25,726 bases of DNA, taken from contig JAUVRF010000001.1 of the NCBI GenBank assembly GCA_030597775.1, positions 1-25,726 on the forward strand, written 5' to 3'. Positions 1 to 7,530 of the stretch are shown one piece after another (within the stretch, counting starts at the first letter, position 1; every line of letters begins with the position of its first letter). The position numbers and the translations under genes are program-made. The notes beneath the pieces are model-generated. The model saw only the letters and a program-made list of their open reading frames with translations. It was not told the DNA's origin and did not search any database. This DNA comes from Methanobacteriota archaeon (GTDB lineage: Archaea > Thermoplasmatota > DTKX01 > GCA-020343715).

Positions 1-2
1 GC

Positions 3-404
3 GGTGCCTCCGCCATCGAGATCGCATTGGAGCTCCGCGACTACGCCGCGACCATCGGCGGTCGCGAGCAGCTGGCCATCGACGCCTTCGCCAACGCCAT
101 CGAGATCATCCCCAAGACCCTGGCCGAGAACGCTGGCCTTGACTCGATCAACGCGATCCTGGACCTGCGCCAGGCCCACAAGAAGGGCCAGAAGTACGCC
201 GGGCTCAACGTGTTCTCCGGCAAGGTCGTCAACATGATGGACGCCGAGGTCATCGAACCCCTGAGGGTCGGCACCCAGGCAATCCAGTCCGCGACCGAGG
301 CGGCGATCATGATCCTGCGCATCGATGATGTGATCGCGGCCAAGGCGGGCGGCGGTCCCGGTGGTCCTGGCGGCATGCCTGGCATGGGCGACATGGACTA
401 CTAG
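3..404 (+). CDS. ths: Thermosome (group II chaperonin) subunit, 3' part; 5'-truncated by the window
   Basis: Frame open from base 3: [15 protein letters not shown]...[21 protein letters not shown]...[26 protein letters not shown], ending in a [14 protein letters not shown] tail typical of archaeal thermosomes. Alpha versus beta subunit cannot be decided. Confidence 0.97.
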   Translation, partial: GASAIEIALELRDYAATIGGREQLAIDAFANAIEIIPKTLAENAGLDSINAILDLRQAHKKGQKYAGLNVFSGKVVNMMDAEVIEPLRVGTQAIQSATEAAIMILRIDDVIAAKAGGGPGGPGGMPGMGDMDY

Positions 405-410
405 ATGGGA

Positions 411-453
411 CGGGGGTTCGACCCCCGCCCCTCTCCCCTTTTTTTTTTATTTT
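411..453 (+). terminator. GC hairpin plus T-tract terminator after the thermosome gene
   Basis: CGGGGGT-TCG-ACCCCCG stem-loop at 411-427, then a pyrimidine run with T10 at 439-448, starting 7 nt after the stop codon. Confidence 0.7.
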
Positions 454-515
454 CCACTTGCCGAGCCCAGGCTCTCATGATCCGCGATCTTGCAGCCTGG
501 GGACGCCAGCTATCC

Positions 516-1133
516 TCATTGGCCGCACTTGCCCACGAGGGGTACGAAGATGCAACCACCCAAGCGCTCCACCGTCGTGCGGTTCCCTTTCCTTGTCACC
601 CGCGTCAGTTCCTGCATGTAGGGACTCCCCACGGGAATGAGCAGCATGCCGTCCTCGGAGAGGTTGTCCACCATTGTCTCGGACAGGCGAGGAGCTGCGC
701 ATGCCACCGAGATCCGGTCGTACGGGGCGTGCTCGGGCCAACCGCACGAGCCGTCCCCGACCACAACGGTCACCCTGTCGGAGAGGCCAGCTGCCTCCAG
801 GTTGTCCCGGGCCCGTCGGGCAAGGGCCTCGATGCGTTCCACAGTGAAGACATGGCCAGTGGGTCCGACCACGTGGGCGATCACCGCGGCATGGTAACCC
901 AAGCCTCCACCCACCTCCAGCACCCGCTGGCCCTCACTGCAACGCATGGCCTCCACCATTATGGCAACCATGTGAGGTGCGGAGATCGTCTGGTGGTGGC
1001 CTATCTCCAGGGGATGGTCGGCGTAGGCCGCCCGCTGGACGCTCGTTGGAACGAACAACTCACGTCTCACGGAGCCCATCGCGTGACGGACCGGGTCGGA
1101 GCGGACGTATCCCGAGCGCTCCAGGTGTTCCAC
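516..1133 (-). CDS. pcm: Protein-L-isoaspartate O-methyltransferase
   Basis: RELFVP, AY.D.PL.IG..QTISAPHMVA.M, VLEVGGGLGYHAA (SAM motif), GDGS.G.PE.APYDRI.V..AAP, FVPL.G. Start codon uncertain (see findings). Confidence 0.95.
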   Translation of the reverse strand: MEHLERSGYVRSDPVRHAMGSVRRELFVPTSVQRAAYADHPLEIGHHQTISAPHMVAIMVEAMRCSEGQRVLEVGGGLGYHAAVIAHVVGPTGHVFTVERIEALARRARDNLEAAGLSDRVTVVVGDGSCGWPEHAPYDRISVACAAPRLSETMVDNLSEDGMLLIPVGSPYMQELTRVTRKGNRTTVERLGGCIFVPLVGKCGQ

Positions 1134-1243
1134 TAGGAGCCCCCTCTGGTCATCGAAACTACCTTTTGGGACGATTTTCCCCTCCGAGCACGTTTAATGA
1201 CTGGCCCTCCTTTAACGTTTGTGGGTGAGGGCCTCAACCAATC

Positions 1244-1257
1244 CGAAAGATTAATAA
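1244..1257 (+). promoter_or_regulatory. Archaeal BRE plus TATA promoter for the PKD protein gene
   Basis: CGAAAG followed by ATTAATAA in an otherwise GC-rich context. It implies a transcription start near 1280, which favours ATG 1324 over 1264. Confidence 0.55.
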
Positions 1258-1323
1258 CCAAAGATGTGGGTTCAAACTGCTGGTCCTGAGCCAGCACTCA
1301 ACCAATTCGGGGGACACTATAAG

Positions 1324-3165
1324 ATGATACGCAAGAACTACCTACTGATACTACTCCTCATCCTGGGGGTTACCCTCGTGGTCGCGAGCGCTGTCTCGGC
1401 TGCTGACGAGCTGGAGATATTCGCCGGTCAGGACAAGACCGTCCGCGCGAACACCCCCCTGGAGTTCAATGATGCACTTATCAACAAGCCCAATCCTCTG
1501 GACCCTGAGCGAACCTACACATTCTCGTGGGATTTCGACAACAAGAAGAACACCGACCTGGACACTCCACCCATCTTCGACAACGATGCCGAGAGCAACG
1601 AGAGGTTCACCGAGTGGACCTATCACATCCCCGGTGTGTATATCGTGACCCTCACGGTGGAGGATGGCTTCAACACCGTCAAGGACACCCTTCAGGTGAC
1701 CGTCAAGGCGAACGAGCCACCTGACATCCACGTCAACTCCACCGAGTCGGCGTTCAAGGACGTCGAGCACATCTTCTACGGCGACGCCACCGACGACAAC
1801 GCCCCGCCCCACCTTCTGAGATGGCACTGGGAGTTCGGTGATGGTGAGTCCAGCGACGATGCCCCACCGGTGCGCCACGTCTACGGGTCGGTGCGTGGTT
1901 ACCAGGTGAAGGTGCGCGTCACCGACCCCGACAACGATTACTCGGTGTTCACCATCTTCCTCAACGTTGTCGAGAAGCCAGGAGAGATGGGAAGGCTCTA
2001 TCCCATCAAGGACGGCAAGATATCCCACAAGGCAAAGGAGATCCGGGAGGAGGGTTACATCGCCTACAAGCTCCCCGTCAAGAAAAATCACGACATCATA
2101 ATAGAGGTCATCGTATCCACCAGCCCGCCCTCTCCACCGGTCTCTGTGCTGATCTTCACCTCGGAGAACGCATTCTTGGACTACGAGCTGGGCGTGGGCG
2201 GCACCTGGAGGGGCAGCCTGTCCCACGAGGAGCTGGATTACCTGCACTTGATGGCGTTCACCGCCGATGAGGACGCGGACTACTATATCGTCATCGACAA
2301 TGGCTACCAGACGGGAGGCGGCTTCGCGTCCCTCTCCGGAATGGCCACAGTTGACATCAAGGTCGAGGACATTGACCACGGAAATTGGTGGGTCGACATC
2401 CCCTTCTTCGTCTACTTCCTGATCGTGGTCGTCGTCGCGGTCTTGGTGCTGTTCATCGTTGGCAACAAGTTCCTCGAGGTGCAGCAGAGCCAGAAGCAGC
2501 AGAAACAGGCCATCGTCCAGACCAAGGTCCAGAAGGACCAGGCCGTCAGTTCCCTCAGGAGCTTCTTGGACAACCCCGAGGACGCCACGGTCCGCGCTTC
2601 ACAGCGGGCCCAGATGGCACCCCAGTACCCGCAGCCAGCCCCGGGCGGACCGCCCGGAGGTCCCGGACCCGGACCCGTTCCGGGCCCTGGCCCGACCCCG
2701 ATCCCAGGCGGAGCGCCCGTCCAGACCCGTCCCGTGGGAGCACCTGTGGCCTCGCAACCCCAGCGACCCCCGGGAGCACCCGGAGGCCCGCCGCCCCCGC
2801 GCCCCGCTGGAGCGCCTGGAGGCCCACCTCAGCAAGCGCCCCCGAAGACCCCACCCGCGGAGGCACCCGCGGAGGCACCCCCCGAGACCGAGGTCCCAAC
2901 GACCTTCGAAGTGCCTCCCATCGTCGAGGCGCCTTCGATCGTGCAAGGTGACGCTCCCGAGATGATCTCGTCCACGGGGCCCGTCTATCTGAAGACGGAG
3001 CAACCCAAGCGGGAGAAGACCGACTTCGATCTGAGGTCGGACAAGGATGTGGCCGCGGATTTCGAGCTGAGATCGGAGAAGGACGTCATCGAGGAAGATG
3101 AGAGATCCAAGGCCCGCAAGGGTTCAGAGACCAAAGAGGAATCCGAGAGCTCCGAGGAGGAGTGA
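1324..3165 (+). CDS. Single-pass membrane protein: signal peptide, 2 PKD domains, a further beta-rich domain, TM helix, Pro/Gly-rich and acidic cytoplasmic tail
   Basis: MIRKNYLLILLLILGVTLVVASAVSA signal peptide. PKD signatures YTFSWDFD...TY..PG.Y.VTLTV.D and W.W.FGDG...H.Y...Y.V.V.VTD. TM segment FFVYFLIVVVVAVLVLFIV. The ORF track starts at 1264. Confidence 0.85.
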   Translation: MIRKNYLLILLLILGVTLVVASAVSAADELEIFAGQDKTVRANTPLEFNDALINKPNPLDPERTYTFSWDFDNKKNTDLDTPPIFDNDAESNERFTEWTYHIPGVYIVTLTVEDGFNTVKDTLQVTVKANEPPDIHVNSTESAFKDVEHIFYGDATDDNAPPHLLRWHWEFGDGESSDDAPPVRHVYGSVRGYQVKVRVTDPDNDYSVFTIFLNVVEKPGEMGRLYPIKDGKISHKAKEIREEGYIAYKLPVKKNHDIIIEVIVSTSPPSPPVSVLIFTSENAFLDYELGVGGTWRGSLSHEELDYLHLMAFTADEDADYYIVIDNGYQTGGGFASLSGMATVDIKVEDIDHGNWWVDIPFFVYFLIVVVVAVLVLFIVGNKFLEVQQSQKQQKQAIVQTKVQKDQAVSSLRSFLDNPEDATVRASQRAQMAPQYPQPAPGGPPGGPGPGPVPGPGPTPIPGGAPVQTRPVGAPVASQPQRPPGAPGGPPPPRPAGAPGGPPQQAPPKTPPAEAPAEAPPETEVPTTFEVPPIVEAPSIVQGDAPEMISSTGPVYLKTEQPKREKTDFDLRSDKDVAADFELRSEKDVIEEDERSKARKGSETKEESESSEEE

Positions 3166-3181
3166 GCCAGGGGGCGAGCCT

Positions 3182-4573
3182 TTGCCCCTCCCAAGATCCC
3201 GAACAGGACCCCCCGGGTCGTCAGATACCACACATCTATCGGTAGTGGGAACGGGGTACGTTGGCCTGGTCACCGCCCTGGCCTTCTGCCACCACGGACA
3301 TCGTGTCACCTGCGTGGACATCATCCCCGAGAGGGTCGACTCCGTCTCCAGGGGGAAGGCGCCCTTCTACGAGCCGGATGTGGCCGAGGCCCTCGCCCGA
3401 CACCTGGGCTCGGGCCTCCTCGACGCCACCACGGACACCGCAAAGGCTGTGGCGAGCACCGAGATCACATTCCTCTGCGTGGGCACGCCGTCCTCTGCGG
3501 ACGGTTCATACGACCTTGGCCATCTTGGAGCCGCCGCCCGTTCGATGGGTGAGGCCATCGCCGGCCTGGACAGGCATCACCTCGTCGTGACCAAGAGCAC
3601 CGTCACCCCCACCGCCAATCGGTCCGTGGTCCTCCCGGCCATCACCAACGCCTCGGGCAAGGAGGCCCCGGCAGGGTTCTCCCTGGCCTCGAATCCGGAG
3701 TTCCTGCGGGAGGGGTCCGCCCTGGCCGACGCGCTGGCACCCGACCGCATAGTTCTCGGGATAATGGAGGGGGACCAGGCTGCCAGGGACCTCCTGGAGG
3801 GCCTTTACGCGCCCTTCGACCGGCCACTCCTTGTCACCTCCCTCGAGGGCGCCGAGCTGATCAAGCTGGCCTCCAACTCGCTTCTGGCCATCAAGGTGGC
3901 CTTCGCCAACGAGGTGGCGAACCTGGCCTCATCGGTCGATGCCGACGGTTACCAGGTCCTGGAGGGCGTGGGCCTCGATCATCGGCTTGGACCACACTTC
4001 CTGAGGGCGGGGGCTGGGTTCGGCGGGAGCTGCTTCCCGAGGGGCCTGCGAGCGCTGGTGGCCTTCTCCAGGTCCCAGGGCGCCCCCGCGCTGTTGCCGA
4101 CCGCTGCGCTGGACCAGAACGAGGTGCAACCAGCCGTCATGGTCGACCTGGTCCGCAAGGCCCTCGACGGGAACCTCCAGGGAAAACGGGTGGCACTCCT
4201 GGGCCTGGCATTCAAGCCGGATACCGACGACGTGAGGGAGACCCGGGCGCTTCCCATCTACAAGCTCCTCCTGGAAGAGGGTGCCACCGTCGTGTGCCAC
4301 GACCCGCGCGCCGGGAGCAACTTCGTCGAGCTGGTCCGCGAGGAGGGGCTGGCACATCCCGATGTCCGTGAGGGGTTGGATGAGGTCCTGAGAGAAGCCA
4401 ACGCCGCCGTCATCCAGACCGAGTGGGAGGAGTACCGGTTGTTGGGACCGGCGGAGCTCGTTTCCGAAATGGCACCGCCTCGAGCAATAGTCGACGCTCG
4501 CAGGACCTTCGACCCTTACATGATGCGGGCGGCTGGTGTGACGTACTGGGGCGTCGGGCTCCCACCACCCTGA
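3182..4573 (+). CDS. ugd: UDP-glucose/GDP-mannose dehydrogenase family protein
   Basis: SVVGTGYVGL (NAD site), PFYEP, CVGTP, KSTV.P, SNPEFLREG.A, AELIK.A.N..LA.K..FANE, GFGGSCF, LGLAFKP.TDD.RE. Start uncertain: TTG 3182 chosen, and conserved sequence begins near 3230. Confidence 0.92.
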   Translation: MPLPRSRTGPPGSSDTTHLSVVGTGYVGLVTALAFCHHGHRVTCVDIIPERVDSVSRGKAPFYEPDVAEALARHLGSGLLDATTDTAKAVASTEITFLCVGTPSSADGSYDLGHLGAAARSMGEAIAGLDRHHLVVTKSTVTPTANRSVVLPAITNASGKEAPAGFSLASNPEFLREGSALADALAPDRIVLGIMEGDQAARDLLEGLYAPFDRPLLVTSLEGAELIKLASNSLLAIKVAFANEVANLASSVDADGYQVLEGVGLDHRLGPHFLRAGAGFGGSCFPRGLRALVAFSRSQGAPALLPTAALDQNEVQPAVMVDLVRKALDGNLQGKRVALLGLAFKPDTDDVRETRALPIYKLLLEEGATVVCHDPRAGSNFVELVREEGLAHPDVREGLDEVLREANAAVIQTEWEEYRLLGPAELVSEMAPPRAIVDARRTFDPYMMRAAGVTYWGVGLPPP

Positions 4574-4951
4574 TCAGGACCCGTCCTCAAGGACCCTGCG
4601 TATGGTTCCCGCGGTCTCGGCCACGTCAAACAGCATACCGCCCACCTCGACGGACCTGTCGAGGACCACAACGAGTATGTTCCGCTCGTCGATGGGAGTG
4701 GTGAGGATGTAGTGTTGCGTGGCCACGATGATGACCGTTTCGGCCTCCTCGCCCTCCACGGACTCCATCACCAGCTCGCCGAGGCCCTGCATGAACGCGG
4801 TCCTCAGGGCCAGGACCTCCAGGTTGACACTGTCCGGTAGATCGGAGGCCACTGGAATACCATCCCGGCTGATGACGGTGGATGCCACGACGCCGTTGGT
4901 CCCCCTGAGGCCCTCAAGGATCCCCTCAAGAGAGGCTCTTGTTGCGGTCAC
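4574..4951 (-). CDS. Roadblock/LC7 (MglB-like) domain protein
   Basis: 125 aa: L..L....GV.AS.VISRDG..VAS.LP......LA...A.M.G.GE........GE.E.VII......I...PI....ILVV, the classic Roadblock pattern. Its stop abuts the ugd stop (TGATCA, 4571-4576). Confidence 0.9.
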   Translation of the reverse strand: MTATRASLEGILEGLRGTNGVVASTVISRDGIPVASDLPDSVNLEVLALRTAFMQGLGELVMESVEGEEAETVIIVATQHYILTTPIDERNILVVVLDRSVEVGGMLFDVAETAGTIRRVLEDGS

Positions 4952-4982
4952 GATGGTTCCCTCGAGACACCTCGCCGAACGG

Positions 4983-5459
4983 TCAGCCTTCCCTCACCGT
5001 CAGCTCGAAGTTGCAGATGGTGTTCCCGGCGGAGACGCAGTCGGTCTCCTGGCAATAGTACCTCTTCCGTGTCAGGGCCGAGGTCGTGCCAGCCAGATAG
5101 CCTCTGGTGAGGTCGCATGAGATCGTTCCCGTCTGGCCCAGGGCGAGGGCCTCGGTGGAACCGTCGCATTCCACGTGCAGACTCCCCTCTGGCAACTCGG
5201 TCACGATGATGCGGCCCAGGCCCATCTCGATCCACAGGGACGTCAGGGTCTCGGGCAGGGTCAGGTCGCCGTTCACCTGGATGTTGATCTTCCTCGTCAC
5301 AGCCTCACCGCTGGAGAACCCTATCCTGAAGAGGATGGCGCGGGCCGCGTCGAGACCTGCAAGCTCCAGGAACTCGTCGTGAAGGCTCTTGAGGATCTGG
5401 GTCGGCATTATGAAGAAGGCCGCCTGGATGGACTCATCCGGTTCAGCTCCAACGCCCAT
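4983..5459 (-). CDS. Stand-alone V4R domain protein
   Basis: A.AILFRIG.S.GE; W..MGLGRI; S.EA...G.....SC.LTRGYLAG......Y.C.E..C...G...C.F.L, with the three V4R cysteines present. Confidence 0.9.
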   Translation of the reverse strand: MGVGAEPDESIQAAFFIMPTQILKSLHDEFLELAGLDAARAILFRIGFSSGEAVTRKINIQVNGDLTLPETLTSLWIEMGLGRIIVTELPEGSLHVECDGSTEALALGQTGTISCDLTRGYLAGTTSALTRKRYYCQETDCVSAGNTICNFELTVREG

Positions 5460-5462
5460 CGT

Positions 5463-6488
5463 TCAGCCTCCATTCAGTGTCAGCGGCTCCATCTCACGTT
5501 CGATGAGTTTCAGGTCCTTCTCGCTGAGGGTCGACGGGCTGATCGTGGCGATCAGCACGCTGTCGTGGATCGCCACCTGGTCCCTCACAAGCTGGAGGAA
5601 CTTCAAAGCCGAATGGTAGTTGTTCTGAACGATGAGGTACTCCAGACCCGATATCATCACGGTGGCACGCTCCGCCTTCTTCAAGAAGTCCTCGATCTTG
5701 TGGTACAGCTTGCCCAATTGCACGGGCTCCACCGCGAACTCCTGCTCGGCGTTGCTCAGCCACAGCACCGGGGTGTTGGTTAGACCGTACAGCCTGCGTA
5801 TCTTGGTGGGGAAGTCGCGGGTGATGCAAAGACCCTGGTTGCCCGATGCAAGCTCGTTCACGAACAGCTTGTAGGCTCCGTCAGGGTCCTCGGCTTCCAC
5901 AAGGTAGGCAACGCCCCTCTCAAGTTCCGACTCAGGCTTCGCCTTGGCTGCCACATCAGGGGCCTTGGCGGTCTCCTCCTGCACGGGGGTGAAGTACTCG
6001 GTCCCCAAGGTGATGATGAAACAGGTCTCGGACCAGTCCTGTGAGCATTGGACCTCGTCAACGTTGGTCTCTTTCTGGCTAAGTCCAACGGTCATGCCGT
6101 TTAGGTAACCGCGTGTGAAATGACACTTGGGTTCCTTGGGTTTGCCCAGGGCCAGGCTCTCGACCGACTCGTGGAACCTGACCTTGATGTGCTCGTCGCT
6201 GACCTCCTCCACGGTTATCCGACCGAGACCTATCCCAGCCCACAGGGGAGGTATGGTCTCGGCGATCTCCTCCATGGTCTCGCACCTCATGCCCATCCGG
6301 GTGACCATACCCTCACCGCAGCGGATGCCATAACGGTACAGCATGTCGTTGGCAAGGGCATCACCGCCTTGGATCTCGATCTCGTCCCTGAGGCTCTTCA
6401 GGGCGTTCCCGGGCATTATGAAGAAAGCCATCTGGAGCGGGTCCTCCTCCCCCTCCTCCTCCTCGAGCAGAACCAGATCCTCTTCCAT
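5463..6488 (-). CDS. V4R domain fused to a C-terminal DUF835 (inactive KaiC/RecA-like) domain
   Basis: N-terminal half: LYRYG.RCGE, W...GLGRI, ES.E, C.FTRGYL.G, EV.C......C. C-terminal half: G.AYLV....P..AY..F......GLCITR..P......L...PVLWLS...P..L......I..F.......V...GLEYLI..N.....LKFL..VRD......LI....P..L.EK....IEREM. Confidence 0.88.
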   Translation of the reverse strand: MEEDLVLLEEEEGEEDPLQMAFFIMPGNALKSLRDEIEIQGGDALANDMLYRYGIRCGEGMVTRMGMRCETMEEIAETIPPLWAGIGLGRITVEEVSDEHIKVRFHESVESLALGKPKEPKCHFTRGYLNGMTVGLSQKETNVDEVQCSQDWSETCFIITLGTEYFTPVQEETAKAPDVAAKAKPESELERGVAYLVEAEDPDGAYKLFVNELASGNQGLCITRDFPTKIRRLYGLTNTPVLWLSNAEQEFAVEPVQLGKLYHKIEDFLKKAERATVMISGLEYLIVQNNYHSALKFLQLVRDQVAIHDSVLIATISPSTLSEKDLKLIEREMEPLTLNGG

Positions 6489-6500
6489 GCCTATGACCTC

Positions 6501-7058
6501 CTATATCGCATTGATCTTCTTGAAGAAGCTGTAGCATAAGGTGTTCCCCAGCTCCAGGAACGACGCCTCCACGTTCTCGCCAGTCTTTGCGGAGGTGAAG
6601 TGCAGACGCGCGTTGAACTTCTTAGCGATTCGCTCCGCCTCGGAGAGGTCGAAGGTGCTCTTGTCGATGAGGTCCGCCTTGTGTATCAGGAGGACCAGAG
6701 GGACGCTACCCACCGTCTTTTGGAACCCGGTGGCCCATTCCTCCAGGCTCTTGATGGTCGCCGGCCTGGTGGCATCGGCGACGACAAGGCCGCCTTCGGC
6801 GCCCTGGTAGTAGACCGGATGCAGTCTCGAGTACTCCTTCTGACCCAGGATGTCCCAGATGAGAAGCGAGATCCTCACCTTCATGTCCTGGGAAGGATGT
6901 TTGAAGACCAACGACTTCTTGGTCACTTTGGTTCCGATGGTGGTGATGTACTTGTCGTCGAAGCTGCTGTAGACGTATCGGCGTATCAGAGAGGTCTTTC
7001 CAACAGCAGCATCCCCCAACAGGCAAATCTTCTTGATAAGTTCCTTTGTCTCTGTCAT
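6501..7058 (-). CDS. Rab-like small GTPase (Ras superfamily)
   Basis: KKICLLGDAAVGKTSL (G1), F...Y..TIG (G2), IWDILGQ (G3), HKAD (G4 variant), TSAKTGENV (G5). 185 aa, no C-terminal prenylation motif. Confidence 0.93.
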   Translation of the reverse strand: MTETKELIKKICLLGDAAVGKTSLIRRYVYSSFDDKYITTIGTKVTKKSLVFKHPSQDMKVRISLLIWDILGQKEYSRLHPVYYQGAEGGLVVADATRPATIKSLEEWATGFQKTVGSVPLVLLIHKADLIDKSTFDLSEAERIAKKFNARLHFTSAKTGENVEASFLELGNTLCYSFFKKINAI

Positions 7059-7087
7059 GCCTACCGAGGCATGTATTGACCAATGGA

Positions 7088-7102
7088 TAAATTAAGTTTC
7101 CC
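7088..7102 (-). promoter_or_regulatory. BRE plus TATA promoter of the GTPase-V4R-Roadblock operon
   Basis: The minus strand reads GGGAAAC-TTAATTTA, ending 30 nt upstream of the GTPase ATG. Confidence 0.55.
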
Positions 7103-7276
7103 AGCTGCTTCAGTGAATTTTCCAACCACGAGCATGAATGTCAGGGCTCCCAATCGACACGAATGCACAATTCCGCCCACATCTATGATGTTTTGTGAAC
7201 CCTCTGGTTGGCATATCTTTGTTTTCATGGGATTTGGATGTCGATGTGAGGAATCCGAAAAGGCAAACCCTGTTCG

Positions 7277-7290
7277 GCAAAAATTAAATA
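7277..7290 (+). promoter_or_regulatory. Candidate BRE plus TATA promoter
   Basis: GCAAAAA-TTAAATA, a near-consensus archaeal TATA box about 240 nt upstream of the next gene. Confidence 0.4.
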
Positions 7291-7530
7291 TGATTTAGTG
7301 CAAAGAATAGTACGTAAGAAGCAGCGGGATGGCATCAACCGTTAGTAAGTCATTTCTGACTCCCTAACATCCAAACCGCCTCCCCCCCCCACCTCATCGT
7401 GCCACCCGCTGCTTCTACCCCCTTTTCCCCGTTTCTCTGGCAGGCCTAGCCATACCAAACCTTTTTCTGGCGCAATGGCCATTTGTAGAAGGTGCAGCCA
7501 GAGGGCCGAACGAACGACCCCAAGGATGGG

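Noticed and set aside
411-427. GGTTCGA hairpin resembling a tRNA T-arm
   Set aside because: The loop is too short, no D, anticodon or acceptor arms are present, and the position fits a terminator.
3098-3181. N-terminal extension of ugd in the ORF track
   Set aside because: It overlaps the upstream gene by 68 nt and shows no family similarity.
4574-7058. Calling the operon mglAB
   Set aside because: The GTPase lacks the MglA signatures and has Rab-like motifs, and it is separated from the Roadblock gene by two V4R genes.
7255-7280. GAAAAGGCAAACC resembling the c-di-GMP-I riboswitch core
   Set aside because: The following GNRA hairpin and GCAAAG receptor elements are not present.
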